This document shows, in pieces, positions 21,472 through 30,898 of a DNA stretch of 64,000 bases. Source of the DNA: a virus (taxonomy: Duplodnaviria; Heunggongvirae; Uroviricota; Caudoviricetes); IMG/VR virus record IMGVR_UViG_3300032093_000003, one strand, 5' to 3'. The number at the start of each line of letters is the position of its first letter. Within the stretch, counting starts at the first letter, position 1. A program made the translations under genes and the position numbers. The notes under the pieces were generated by a model. The model was not told the origin of the DNA and ran no database searches. It saw only the letters and a program-made list of their open reading frames with translations.

Positions 21472-21831
21472 TTAATTAAGAGAAATTAGTTTTTCCAAAG
21501 TTTTTTTCTTTGAAATTGGTAATGTTAATTCTAACACACCATTTTCGACCTTACCTTCAATTTGATTTTCATTTACCTCATCAGGTAAAGTGTAGGTTTT
21601 TGTGAAGTTTGGTACAAATGTCGAACCACCTTCTTTTTCAAAAGTGATTTTCAAAATACCATCTTTTGTGGTGATCTTGAGATCACTCTTGGTTAGTCCC
21701 GGTACAGGAATAGTTACAACATAACCTGTTTCATCTTTATTAACTTTGGTTTTCGGAACATTAAGTTCTCTTTCAAATTCAAACATTTTATCAAATGCCT
21801 GAAAAAATGGGTCTTTAAATAATGTAATCAT
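21472..21831 (-). CDS. Hsp20/alpha-crystallin family small heat-shock protein
   Basis: ACD-like pattern DETGYVVTIPVPGLTKSDLKITTKDGILKITFEKE. Confidence 0.6.
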   Translation of the reverse strand: MITLFKDPFFQAFDKMFEFERELNVPKTKVNKDETGYVVTIPVPGLTKSDLKITTKDGILKITFEKEGGSTFVPNFTKTYTLPDEVNENQIEGKVENGVLELTLPISKKKTLEKLISLN

Positions 21832-21895
21832 AATTATTAATTTTAGTAACCCATTTTCAATTTTTATACCATAAAGATACTGATGACATTTTGTC

Positions 21896-22756
21896 TTATC
21901 TTTTTATTTTGATCGGACTATTTGTCATATCAGTATGGTCATTATTTCTAAATTTAATTCTCTTACGAACTGTAGATTGATGATTGACAGTAGTTTTTTT
22001 ATTTAATAATGAATTATTACTTATATTTTCTTTTAATGATTTCTGTAGAACATTTATAATATGGAATGGGAGATTCGTTTCAGATTGTTCTATTTTTTTA
22101 TCTAACTGACTCCAATATGTTACCGAGTTATTCCTTAATAATTTATGTACTGCGGTCTTTTTACCTGTTTTCATATTAATAATGTAAATCAACATACCAT
22201 TTCTACTGTAATCCTCAAAATATTGTGGAGCATCTTCCGATGCGGTACACCATTTTGTATTTGATCCATATTTTTTTGATGATTGATGTGTTAATGGTTT
22301 TAATATTAACCATTCTTCGTCTTTAAATAACACAACTATCTGACCCTCAAGTTCTTTTTCGTATTCTTTTATTTCTGCTAATGATATTGACGATTTAATC
22401 TGTGAAAAATTTTTATATGTACTTAAATCGTTTTTTGGTATTAGATTTTTTTCATTATATTCACAAAACCTTTGAAATGATTTTAAGTCATCGATACCAA
22501 TCATATTTTCCATAAACGTATGATAAAACAATAAGTGATCTTCTGGAATATTTTTTATATCCTCTTCCGATATATTCAATTCATCATTTAAAAATTTTTT
22601 TATTTCTTTTATATGTTGTTTATGTTTTTTTTCATTTTTAATGATCCTCATCAACGTCTCAACATATTTTGTTTTTTTAACACAAAGAATAGATAAAAGA
22701 TCAATAATATTTATAATATTTTTTTCATCATTTTTTAATTCTTTTATTCTTGACAT
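21896..22756 (-). CDS. hypothetical protein, paralog family member (PLTHQSSKKYGSNTKWCT motif)
   Basis: Shared motif with 4854-6149, 54761-56320, 60188-62038. Confidence 0.4.
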   Translation of the reverse strand: MSRIKELKNDEKNIINIIDLLSILCVKKTKYVETLMRIIKNEKKHKQHIKEIKKFLNDELNISEEDIKNIPEDHLLFYHTFMENMIGIDDLKSFQRFCEYNEKNLIPKNDLSTYKNFSQIKSSISLAEIKEYEKELEGQIVVLFKDEEWLILKPLTHQSSKKYGSNTKWCTASEDAPQYFEDYSRNGMLIYIINMKTGKKTAVHKLLRNNSVTYWSQLDKKIEQSETNLPFHIINVLQKSLKENISNNSLLNKKTTVNHQSTVRKRIKFRNNDHTDMTNSPIKIKR

Positions 22757-22846
22757 ACGTTGTTTACTATAATTATCAATTTTTGTTAATAATTGATTTT
22801 TTTTTTAATTTAAAATAACGTATGTTTGTAGTAAAATAATTAAAAT

Positions 22847-24862
22847 ATGTCAGTAGATTTCATTGATGATGGGCAACCAACAAACCAAAATAAGAAAGGT
22901 AAGAGAAATTCTAATACACCTATATTAGATAATTTCTCAAGAGATTTGATAAAATTAGCACAAGAAGGTAAAATAGACCCTATTGTTGGTAGAGATAAAG
23001 AAGTAAAAAGAATTGCACAAATTCTTTCAAGAAAGAAGAAAAATAATGTTGTTATTGTGGGTGATGCCGGTGTGGGTAAATCGGCATTGGTTGAAAAATT
23101 GGCGCTATTGATTAATAAAGGTAACTGTCCTTCAAATCTTTTAGATAAAAGAATAATGTCATTGGATTTGACATCTTTAGTTGCGGGTACCAAGTATAGG
23201 GGTCAATTTGAAGAAAGGATTAAAGCGATATTAAATGAATTACAAGAAGCACCGAATGTAATTGTTTTTATTGATGAATTACACACAATGGTCGGTGCAG
23301 GTAATGCCAGCGGATCAATGGATGCAGCCAACATATTAAAACCCGCACTTGCTCGTGGTGAAATTCAATGTATTGGTGCAACAACTTTTGATGAATACAA
23401 AAAGAACATCGAAAAAGATTCTGCGTTAGTTAGAAGATTCCAAAAAATAATCTTACCGGAACCAACAGAAAAAGAAACTGTTGAAATTTTGGAAAATCTT
23501 AAAACATCATATGAGAATTTTCATAAAGTAAAATATGAAGATGGTGTTATTGATACTATTGTTAAAGTATCAAAAAGATTTATGACTGACAGACAATTTC
23601 CTGATAAGGCAATTGATATTATGGATGAATTAGGTTCAGAAAAGAAAATATCTAATAAAATACCTGAAAGTGTTGAAAAATTAAAACAAGAAGTTGAGGA
23701 AATAAAACAAAAAAAATTAGATGTCGTTAAAACACAGAATTATGAATTGGCAGCTAAATTAAGAGATACAGAAAAAACTGTTCTATCAAAATTAGAACAA
23801 GAAAAAGAAAAATGGTTGATAAACCAACAAAATAATAAAACACCAATTAGTATTGAAGATGTTTACCAGATAATTTCAAATATTACTGGTGTACCAATTA
23901 CAAAATTGGATTCAAAAGAAACAGAAAAACTTTTGAATTTAGATAAAATTTTAACATCTAAGGTTATTGGACAGAATGAGGCGATATCAATCATATCTAA
24001 ATGTATCAGAAGAAATAGAGTTGGTATTAAAGATACAAATAAACCAATCGGATCATTTATATTCTTAGGATCAACTGGTGTCGGTAAAACATATCTTGCA
24101 AAATCATTGGCTGAAATATTATTTGGTGATCCCGAAAAAATGATTCGTGTGGATATGAGTGAATTTATGGAGAAACACAATGTATCTAAATTAATTGGTT
24201 CACCTCCCGGTTACGTTGGATATGATGAAGGTGGTCAATTAACAGAAAAGGTAAAAAACAATCCATTTTCAGTTATATTGTTTGATGAAATTGAAAAGGC
24301 ACATAAAGATGTTTTCAATTTGTTGTTACAAATTTTAGATGAAGGACACTTAACCGATTCTTTTGGTAGAAAAGTTAACTTCACCAATACTTTGATTATT
24401 ATGACATCAAATGTTGGGGCTAAAAAAGTTTCTGAATTTGGTGGGGGAGTTGGTTTTGAAACATCTTCAACAAATAAACAAAAAGAAGAAGTTAAAAAAA
24501 CAATGATACAAAAATCATTGAAACAACAATTCAATCCTGAATTTTTAAATAGAATTGATGATGTAATCCTTTTCAATTCTTTAGACGAAAATGCACTAAA
24601 ACAAATTATTGGTGTTGAATTAAATAAATTAAAAAATAGATTAACTGAAAAAGGATACAAAGTTAATTTTGACGAATCAGTATCACAAAAGATATATGAA
24701 TTAAATCAACAAGAAGAATATGGAGCGAGACCCATAAAAAGAATAATACAAAATCTTTGTGAGGATTTCTTAAGTGAAGAAATTCTAAAAGGTACTATAA
24801 AAGAAAATGTTTTAGCAAATTTGAAAATTAAAGACGGAGAATTGGTAATTAGAAAAAAATAA
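22847..24862 (+). CDS. Hsp100/Clp ATPase (ClpB/ClpC-like, two AAA+ modules, no N-domain)
   Basis: NBD1 GDAGVGKSA / VIVFIDELHTMVGAG; NBD2 GSTGVGKT / SVILFDEIEKAHKDVFNLLLQILDEG; GSPPGYVGYDEGGQLTE signature; coiled-coil middle segment. Confidence 0.85.
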   Translation: MSVDFIDDGQPTNQNKKGKRNSNTPILDNFSRDLIKLAQEGKIDPIVGRDKEVKRIAQILSRKKKNNVVIVGDAGVGKSALVEKLALLINKGNCPSNLLDKRIMSLDLTSLVAGTKYRGQFEERIKAILNELQEAPNVIVFIDELHTMVGAGNASGSMDAANILKPALARGEIQCIGATTFDEYKKNIEKDSALVRRFQKIILPEPTEKETVEILENLKTSYENFHKVKYEDGVIDTIVKVSKRFMTDRQFPDKAIDIMDELGSEKKISNKIPESVEKLKQEVEEIKQKKLDVVKTQNYELAAKLRDTEKTVLSKLEQEKEKWLINQQNNKTPISIEDVYQIISNITGVPITKLDSKETEKLLNLDKILTSKVIGQNEAISIISKCIRRNRVGIKDTNKPIGSFIFLGSTGVGKTYLAKSLAEILFGDPEKMIRVDMSEFMEKHNVSKLIGSPPGYVGYDEGGQLTEKVKNNPFSVILFDEIEKAHKDVFNLLLQILDEGHLTDSFGRKVNFTNTLIIMTSNVGAKKVSEFGGGVGFETSSTNKQKEEVKKTMIQKSLKQQFNPEFLNRIDDVILFNSLDENALKQIIGVELNKLKNRLTEKGYKVNFDESVSQKIYELNQQEEYGARPIKRIIQNLCEDFLSEEILKGTIKENVLANLKIKDGELVIRKK

Positions 24863-24983
24863 TTTATAAATATCTTGACTTTTTGTAAAATTATATATAT
24901 TTATATTCTCGGAGGTTCTCTTTGTCGATTACCTTTTCGTTTTTTTTCATAAGTAAATGGGGTTGAACCCATTGAAAGACCTT

Positions 24984-25013
24984 AGTCCCGACATATCGTT
25001 GGGACTTTTTTTT
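24984..25013 (+). terminator. intrinsic terminator after Clp ATPase gene
   Basis: AGTCCCGACATATCGTTGGGACTTTTTTTT. Confidence 0.5.
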
Positions 25014-25056
25014 ATTATATTTTGTTATTAAATTTATTTTTCGTATATTTACAGGT

Positions 25057-25236
25057 ATGAAAAAATATATGTTTATTTTGATTGTTAGTGCGATTTTCGC
25101 GTTAACATCATGTGGATCTGAGTCAACCACAACAATCGAAACTACTGACTCTACAGAAGTTTCTGTTGATACTTTAGTACCAACAGGACAAGACACTACA
25201 GTAGAAGTAAAAACTGATAGTGCTGATGTAAAATAA
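25057..25236 (+). CDS. small lipoprotein (59 aa)
   Basis: MKKYMFILIVSAIFALTSC signal peptide with lipobox L-T-S-C followed by S/T-rich region; below the ORF-track size cut-off. Confidence 0.4.
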   Translation: MKKYMFILIVSAIFALTSCGSESTTTIETTDSTEVSVDTLVPTGQDTTVEVKTDSADVK

Positions 25237-25291
25237 AATTTGGGGGGAATATAAATTCCCCCTAATTTTGTTAAACTAAAATTCCCAATTT

Positions 25292-25717
25292 ATGGAAGAA
25301 AAAAAATATGTCGGAGATTTAATTCTTTTAAGAGGAGTACCAGGTAGTGGTAAATCTACATTAGGTAAAACAATTTTAAGATGTTTAGCTTCAGATGATC
25401 CTGACGTTATTTCTGCGGATGATTTTTTTCTTGACGAAAAGGGTAATTATATTTTTGATTCCACAAAATTAAAAGAGGCACATGCACAATCACAACAAAG
25501 ATGTGCAACAAAAATGAAAAATGAATTTTCAAGAATTGTTGTCGCGAATACCTTTACACAGAAATGGGAAATGGACGCATATTACGAAATGGCGGAAAGA
25601 TACAATTACAGGGTTTTTAGTGTGATTGTTGAAAATAGACACGGAAATTTAAATATTCACGATGTTCCCGAAGAAAAAGTTGAACAAATGAAAAATAGAT
25701 TTGATGTTTCTCTTTAA
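25292..25717 (+). CDS. P-loop kinase (polynucleotide kinase-like, AAA_33-type)
   Basis: Walker A GVPGSGKST at N-terminus, small size, immediately upstream of RNA ligase. Confidence 0.55.
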   Translation: MEEKKYVGDLILLRGVPGSGKSTLGKTILRCLASDDPDVISADDFFLDEKGNYIFDSTKLKEAHAQSQQRCATKMKNEFSRIVVANTFTQKWEMDAYYEMAERYNYRVFSVIVENRHGNLNIHDVPEEKVEQMKNRFDVSL

Positions 25718-26787
25718 TGTTAGATATATTAGAAAAATATCACAATGATGGTCTGTTATTAAAACAGACACACCCAACATTACCTTTAACAATTTGGAAT
25801 TACTCACCAAAAGTTCAATATGATAACTTATGGGATGATGTTATTATTCAATGTAGAGGATTAGTTACCGATGTTGATGGTAATATTGTTGCTCGACCTT
25901 TTCCAAAATTTTTTAATTACGAAGAATTAAAACCCGAACAGATACCAAACGAACCATTTGATGTTTTTGAAAAATTAGATGGGTCTTTAGGTATATTATT
26001 TAATTATGAAGGTCAATGGGTATTTGCAACTCGTGGATCATTTACATCCGATCAAGCAAAAAGAGGATGGGAACTTCTTCAAAAATATGACTACCAAAGA
26101 TTAATTGAGGATAAAACATATCTATTTGAAATAATTTATAAAGAAAATCGTATTGTTGTTGATTATGATTATGAAGATCTAATAATGCTCGGTGTAATTG
26201 ACAATATCGATGGTTACGAATATAAAATATTTGACGAAAGAATCCATCTTGAAGGTGTTAGGTTCGTTAATATGTATAGAAATCTTGGATTTAAATTTGT
26301 TAAAAAATATGATGGTATAAAAGACTATTCAACCCTAAAAGAAATAATCAAAGATAATGAAGAGGGATTCGTTATTAGATTTCAAAATGGGTTTAGAATG
26401 AAAATAAAAGGTGTAGAATATTGTCGTCTCCATAAAATCCTAACAAACATCTCAAATAGAGATATTTGGGAATCTTTAAAAAATGGAGAATCATTAGATA
26501 AAATTATTGAAAAGGTACCCGATGAATTTTATAATTGGGTAAAAGAAACAAAAAATAAATTTGAGTCAGAATTTGATAAAATAAAAAAAGAATATGAATG
26601 GATATTCAAAGTTATTATGAGATCGGAAAATTCAAATGAAAGAAAAGTATTCGCACAATTTGCAATAAAATACAAATATTCTTCAATTCTATTTTCTATG
26701 TATGATAATAAACCATATAATCAAACAATATGGAAAATCCTATATCCTGAGTATTCGAAACCTTTTAAAAAAAATGATAATGAGTAA
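25717..26787 (+). CDS. RNA ligase (T4 Rnl1-like nucleotidyltransferase)
   Basis: Motif I lysine in FEKLDGSLG (compare T4 RnlA TKEDGSL); start overlaps kinase stop. Confidence 0.6.
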   Translation: MLDILEKYHNDGLLLKQTHPTLPLTIWNYSPKVQYDNLWDDVIIQCRGLVTDVDGNIVARPFPKFFNYEELKPEQIPNEPFDVFEKLDGSLGILFNYEGQWVFATRGSFTSDQAKRGWELLQKYDYQRLIEDKTYLFEIIYKENRIVVDYDYEDLIMLGVIDNIDGYEYKIFDERIHLEGVRFVNMYRNLGFKFVKKYDGIKDYSTLKEIIKDNEEGFVIRFQNGFRMKIKGVEYCRLHKILTNISNRDIWESLKNGESLDKIIEKVPDEFYNWVKETKNKFESEFDKIKKEYEWIFKVIMRSENSNERKVFAQFAIKYKYSSILFSMYDNKPYNQTIWKILYPEYSKPFKKNDNE

Positions 26788-27208
26788 ATTAAAATTGTAT
26801 TTAGACGATGTTCGTGTTCCAAAAGACAATAGTTGGATTCTTGTAAAAGACTATGGTGAATTTGTAAGTACCATATTAAAACATGGTTTAGAAAGTTTTG
26901 ATACCATTTCTTTGGATCACGATTTGGGTGAGACTGCAATGGCTGAATATTTTAACAATGTTTACCCAAACTATGAACTGAACTACGATAACATAAAAGA
27001 AAAAACTGGATTGGATTGTGCGAAATGGTTGGTGAATCATTATTTGGAAAAACCAAAAGAAAATTTTACCTTTCCACTTGTTTATACTCATTCCGCAAAC
27101 CCGATAGGTTCCGCAAATATTATGGGTTATATAAACAATTTTTTAAAAAACATGAGACAACCCCAAACATGTATTAGGGTACGTATTGATCACACAATAA
27201 ACGAATAA
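26774..27208 (+). CDS. receiver-like (Rossmannoid) domain protein, possibly RNA-repair associated
   Basis: LYLDDVR ... ISLDHDLGE pattern reminiscent of CheY-like/cyclic-phosphate-processing receiver domains; start chosen at internal ATG 26774. Confidence 0.3.
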   Translation: MIMSKLKLYLDDVRVPKDNSWILVKDYGEFVSTILKHGLESFDTISLDHDLGETAMAEYFNNVYPNYELNYDNIKEKTGLDCAKWLVNHYLEKPKENFTFPLVYTHSANPIGSANIMGYINNFLKNMRQPQTCIRVRIDHTINE

Positions 27209-27672
27209 TGAATATATTTTTTTTAGATAAAGATCCAAAAAAATGTGCAGAATACCATTGTGATAAACATGTTGTTAAAATGATATTGGAAACCGCACAA
27301 TTATTATGTTCCGCACATTGGGTAACAGGTTCACAAGCACAATACAAATTATCTCACAAAAATCACCCATGTTCAATATGGGTCAGGGAATCACTATCAA
27401 ACTATTTGTACCTTTGCGAAATTGGATTGGAATTATGTTACGAATACACATATCGTTATGGTAAAAAACATAAATCACAAGAAGTAATTGAATGGTGTGT
27501 AATAAATAAAGTAAAAATTTCTGACAAAGGTATTACAGAATTACCTAAAGCAATGCCAGATAAATACAAAGTTAGTTGTCCAATACAATCATATAGAAAT
27601 TATTATATTGGTGACAAAATAAATTTTGCATCTTGGAAAAATAGAGAGACACCTTTTTGGTTTTCCAATTAA
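27208..27672 (+). CDS. hypothetical protein (conserved FFLDKDPKKCAEYHCDKHVVKMILETAQLL N-terminus)
   Basis: ORF with Cys/His-rich N-terminal block; family not assigned. Confidence 0.3.
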   Translation: MNIFFLDKDPKKCAEYHCDKHVVKMILETAQLLCSAHWVTGSQAQYKLSHKNHPCSIWVRESLSNYLYLCEIGLELCYEYTYRYGKKHKSQEVIEWCVINKVKISDKGITELPKAMPDKYKVSCPIQSYRNYYIGDKINFASWKNRETPFWFSN

Positions 27673-27684
27673 TTTTAAATATCT

Positions 27685-28020
27685 TTGAAAAAAAATTTAA
27701 TGAAAACATACAGCAATGACATCGTGGTTGATTTGACTAAAAATTATCAAGATTTTCGCCATTTCTATGATGAAAATAAAAGTATAATTTATAAATCAAT
27801 TATTGAGATTTTCGAAAAATTTAAAACAACCAAGAAAAAAAATCTAAAACTTCTTGTTAAAGCAACAATCATGGATTTGGAATTTGAAACCGAATTCTGT
27901 TATCGTAAAAATGAGAATTTTGTATTAATGAGGGATCTAATGCCGTATTTTGAACAAATAGAAGATTTCGAGACTTGCACGAGAATAAGAGATTTAAGTA
28001 AAGAATTAAACACCATATAA
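27685..28020 (+). CDS. hypothetical protein
   Basis: 111-aa ORF. Confidence 0.3.
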   Translation: MKKNLMKTYSNDIVVDLTKNYQDFRHFYDENKSIIYKSIIEIFEKFKTTKKKNLKLLVKATIMDLEFETEFCYRKNENFVLMRDLMPYFEQIEDFETCTRIRDLSKELNTI

Positions 28021-28370
28021 TGAAAATAATCGTTGCGGGTGGTCGTGATTTTAGTGATTACGAACTACTAAAAGAAAAATTAGACGAATTGATTGGTGAA
28101 AATAAAGAGGATCTCGAAATAGTTTCAGGAATGGCTAGAGGGGCTGATACTTTAGGGGTACAATACGCGAATGAGAGAGGTTACAAAATTAAGAAGTTTC
28201 CAGCACAATGGGATAAGTACGGAAAGAGTGCGGGTTATAAAAGAAATGAAGAAATGGCGAATTATGGTAATACTTGTATTTGTTTTTGGGATGGTAATAG
28301 TAAGGGCACGAAACATATGATCGATCTATCAAATAAATATAAATTAAACACTATTGTTATTAGATATTGA
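28020..28370 (+). CDS. SLOG / DUF2493-family protein (DprA/LOG-like Rossmann fold)
   Basis: IVAGGRDF ... GMARGADTLGVQYA ... FPAQWDKYGKSAGYKRNEEMA ... FWDGNSKGTKHMI pattern typical of phage DUF2493 proteins. Confidence 0.5.
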   Translation: MKIIVAGGRDFSDYELLKEKLDELIGENKEDLEIVSGMARGADTLGVQYANERGYKIKKFPAQWDKYGKSAGYKRNEEMANYGNTCICFWDGNSKGTKHMIDLSNKYKLNTIVIRY

Positions 28371-28399
28371 TCTATATTTAACAAAAAAATATTACATAA

Positions 28400-28434
28400 A
28401 TGTCAACTAAAAAAAAGTTGACATTTTTTTTTTA
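28400..28434 (+). terminator. intrinsic terminator
   Basis: ATGTCAACTAAAAAAAAGTTGACATTTTTTTTT. Confidence 0.5.
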
Positions 28435-28479
28435 ATTATAAAACTTTTCAAGTATTTATTGTTGATTCCATTTTAATAT

Positions 28480-29538
28480 ATGAATAAAAATAAAGTACTT
28501 TTCATCTTAAAAAGAAAAAATAATTATGATGGAATAAAGGATTCACATGTCGGTATGAGTACCGGATTGTACAATTCGGCATCTTTTATGAACGATATGT
28601 TAAATGATTCAGGTATTGAGTCCCATATTTCAGTCGTGATTGATAATAATTGTATTGATAGGGAAGTTACAAAATACAAACCAACACATGTTATTATTGA
28701 GGCACTTTGGGTTGTACCGTCTAAATTTTATGTTCTATGTAAACTACACCCAAAGGTAAAATGGATAATTAGATTACATAGTGAAATACCATTTTTAGCA
28801 AATGAAGGTATGGCATTAGATTGGTTGGGTGATTATATATTTTATGAAAATGTTTATATTGGGACAAATGCACCCAGAGCAACGAGAGAATTGAGAGATT
28901 TCATAAAACATAAAGTGAATTGGTCAAGTAAACAGATAAATGAAAAGATAATTTATCTTCCAAATTTTTATCCTCAAGAATATAAAATAAAAAAATACGA
29001 TAGAAATAAAGATACCATCGATATAGGTTGTTTTGGTGCAATTAGACCAATGAAAAACCATTTAATGCAAGCAATTGCGGCAGTTAAATTTGCTGAAAGT
29101 ATAGGTAAAAAATTAAGATTTCATATAAATTCAGGTAGAGTTGAACAAAAAGGAGATGCAGTATATAATAATTTAAAAAGTTTTTTTGCACATTTATCCG
29201 ATTCAGAACATCAATTAATTAACCACTCTTGGGCACCGAGAGAAGATTTTTTGGAAATATGTGGTAAAATGGATATAGGTATGCAGGTTTCATTTTCAGA
29301 AACATTTAATATTGTTGCCGCGGATTTAGTTAGTCAGGGTGTCCCTGTAATTTCCTCGGATGAACTTCCTTGGATCAACCGTATTTTTACCGCAAAACCA
29401 ACAGAAACAAGAGATATATATTTAAAATTATTGTTAACACATTTATTACCAAAGGTAAATTTGATAACAAACCAATATTTATTAAGGGGTTATACCAATA
29501 AGACACGTAAAATTTGGGTAAATTATTTTAAAAAATGA
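28480..29538 (+). CDS. hypothetical protein
   Basis: 352-aa ORF. Confidence 0.3.
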   Translation: MNKNKVLFILKRKNNYDGIKDSHVGMSTGLYNSASFMNDMLNDSGIESHISVVIDNNCIDREVTKYKPTHVIIEALWVVPSKFYVLCKLHPKVKWIIRLHSEIPFLANEGMALDWLGDYIFYENVYIGTNAPRATRELRDFIKHKVNWSSKQINEKIIYLPNFYPQEYKIKKYDRNKDTIDIGCFGAIRPMKNHLMQAIAAVKFAESIGKKLRFHINSGRVEQKGDAVYNNLKSFFAHLSDSEHQLINHSWAPREDFLEICGKMDIGMQVSFSETFNIVAADLVSQGVPVISSDELPWINRIFTAKPTETRDIYLKLLLTHLLPKVNLITNQYLLRGYTNKTRKIWVNYFKK

Positions 29539-29843
29539 CAAATAAAAAAGAAAAAAACAATAAAATGAAAAACTATTCAGGAAAAAAGAAAAAAGAAATT
29601 ATAGAACACAAAACAAAAGAAAAAAATAAAGATTATTCTGTTATTATTTTTGATTGGGTTGATGGTGTTTTAGTAAAAACAGAAACATTTTTTAAAACAA
29701 TAGAAGAAGCAAAAGAATTTGTTGAAACTAAAACAGGAGACATAAAAATATATAACATAGACAAACAAGTAATACATTCTGAAAAAAAAGAAAAGAAATA
29801 TGCTAAAATAAAAAATAAAGAAGATGACGATACTTACGCATAA
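29535..29843 (+). CDS. hypothetical lysine-rich protein
   Basis: 102-aa ORF overlapping previous stop. Confidence 0.3.
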   Translation: MTNKKEKNNKMKNYSGKKKKEIIEHKTKEKNKDYSVIIFDWVDGVLVKTETFFKTIEEAKEFVETKTGDIKIYNIDKQVIHSEKKEKKYAKIKNKEDDDTYA

Positions 29844-29920
29844 TTTTAATAATTAAATGTAACGTAAAAAAAAATCTCTTAAAATTTTAAGAGATTTTTT
29901 GTTTTAAGGAATATATTGTT

Positions 29921-29928
29921 TATCTTTG
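29921..29928 (+). promoter_or_regulatory. Bacteroidota-type -7 promoter box TAtcTTTG upstream of tRNA-Leu
   Basis: Matches TAnnTTTG consensus, ~30 nt upstream of tRNA 5' end. Confidence 0.45.
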
Positions 29929-29958
29929 TTTTGTTCTTTGACATTTTTGGAAATAGTT

Positions 29959-30047
29959 GCCCCGGTGGTGGAACAGGTAGACACGCAGGACTTAAAATCC
30001 TGTGGACCGAAACGTCCGTGCGGGTTCGATTCCCGCCTGGGGCACCA
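29959..30047 (+). tRNA. tRNA-Leu (anticodon TAA), type II with long variable arm, CCA encoded
   Basis: Acceptor GCCCCGG/CTGGGGC, anticodon loop CTTAAAA, T-loop GGTTCGATTCC, 3' CCA. Confidence 0.7.
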
Positions 30048-30084
30048 ATACTATCGTTCTTTGACATATAAGGAGAAACAAATT

Positions 30085-30450
30085 ATGGAAATACTTTTCT
30101 TTATTTTAGGAATTACTTCCGTGGTGGTTATTGCGACCGCAATAGTTGCTGTGGTAAGTATTGTTAAGGTAACAAAGTTACAAACAAAAGTTAAAGATGG
30201 TTTTGATGGTGTTTATCATTCAATTGATAATACACATACTTCCATCGATAACACAAAAAGAGATACTCACGATAACATCGGAAGATTAAATGAAGAAGTT
30301 AATCGTAGAGTTGATAACCTCGAAAGAGAAACCTTCTCACAGTTAGATTCTCGATTAGATAAGTTGGAAACGAAGTTAAAAACTTACGTTCACACTAATG
30401 CAACCATGATGAAACTTGCATTAGATACACATAAAGCAACATCAAAATAA
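30085..30450 (+). CDS. membrane-anchored coiled-coil protein
   Basis: N-terminal TM helix (ILFFILGITSVVVIATAIVAVV) then heptad-like region; start placed at ATG 30085 because the ORF-track N-terminal extension overlaps tRNA-Leu. Confidence 0.4.
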   Translation: MEILFFILGITSVVVIATAIVAVVSIVKVTKLQTKVKDGFDGVYHSIDNTHTSIDNTKRDTHDNIGRLNEEVNRRVDNLERETFSQLDSRLDKLETKLKTYVHTNATMMKLALDTHKATSK

Positions 30451-30479
30451 AATAAAAGTCAAAAGAACGATAGTATTAA

Positions 30480-30898
30480 GGTTGAACGGGGAATGAAGAT
30501 TAAGACACCTGTTGGTGGTTGGTGATTATCTTCGGAGTTGGAACCAACATAGTAATGCCGTTCGTAAAAGAGGATGTCCACTCGACCATCTTCCTCTTTC
30601 CTTCTTGGTCTCATAGTTTAAGGGAAAAACGGTAGCCTTCTAAGCTTCTGATCCTAGTTCGAGTCTAGGTGAGACTACAAAGTTCCTGTAGGCCGCGGGA
30701 TCGTAGTTCCTCTATTCCACTGACAAAAGTCAAGAAAAGAGCCAGATCGTAAGCTGGATGGGTTGACAACTTTCCCACTGACTCGGAAAAAAGTTGTAAA
30801 TTTTAAGCGGGTCCTCGCTTCCCACGGTTTAATAGTACAAGGATAATGAAGGGAATAATACGACCCCTAAGACCTGCTTTTATTAAAAAAAATAAAAT
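30480..30898 (+). other. GC-rich structured noncoding region (~420 nt) with embedded tRNA-Arg-like gene
   Basis: No ORF, GC far above local background, multiple hairpins (e.g. TGTTGG...CCAACA, GAGGA...TCCTC). Confidence 0.3.
30607..30677 (+). tRNA. tRNA-Arg (anticodon TCT), candidate
   Basis: Acceptor GGTCTCA/TGAGACT, D-stem GTTT/AAAC, anticodon loop CTTCTAA (one stem mismatch), T-arm CCTAG-TTCGAGT-CTAGG. Confidence 0.45.

Noticed and set aside
27208-27672. Assignment of ORF 27208-27672 as a pyrimidine-dimer DNA glycosylase (T4 DenV-like) based on a D-K-H-V-V-K-M-I-L-E stretch
   Set aside because: The similarity is limited to a short pattern. The catalytic N-terminal Thr2 and Glu23 context of DenV is not evident, so it is left hypothetical.
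29926-30084. N-terminal 53 codons of ORF-track entry 29926-30450
   Set aside because: This part overlaps tRNA-Leu(TAA) and its promoter. A well-placed ATG at 30085 precedes the TM helix, so the CDS was shortened.
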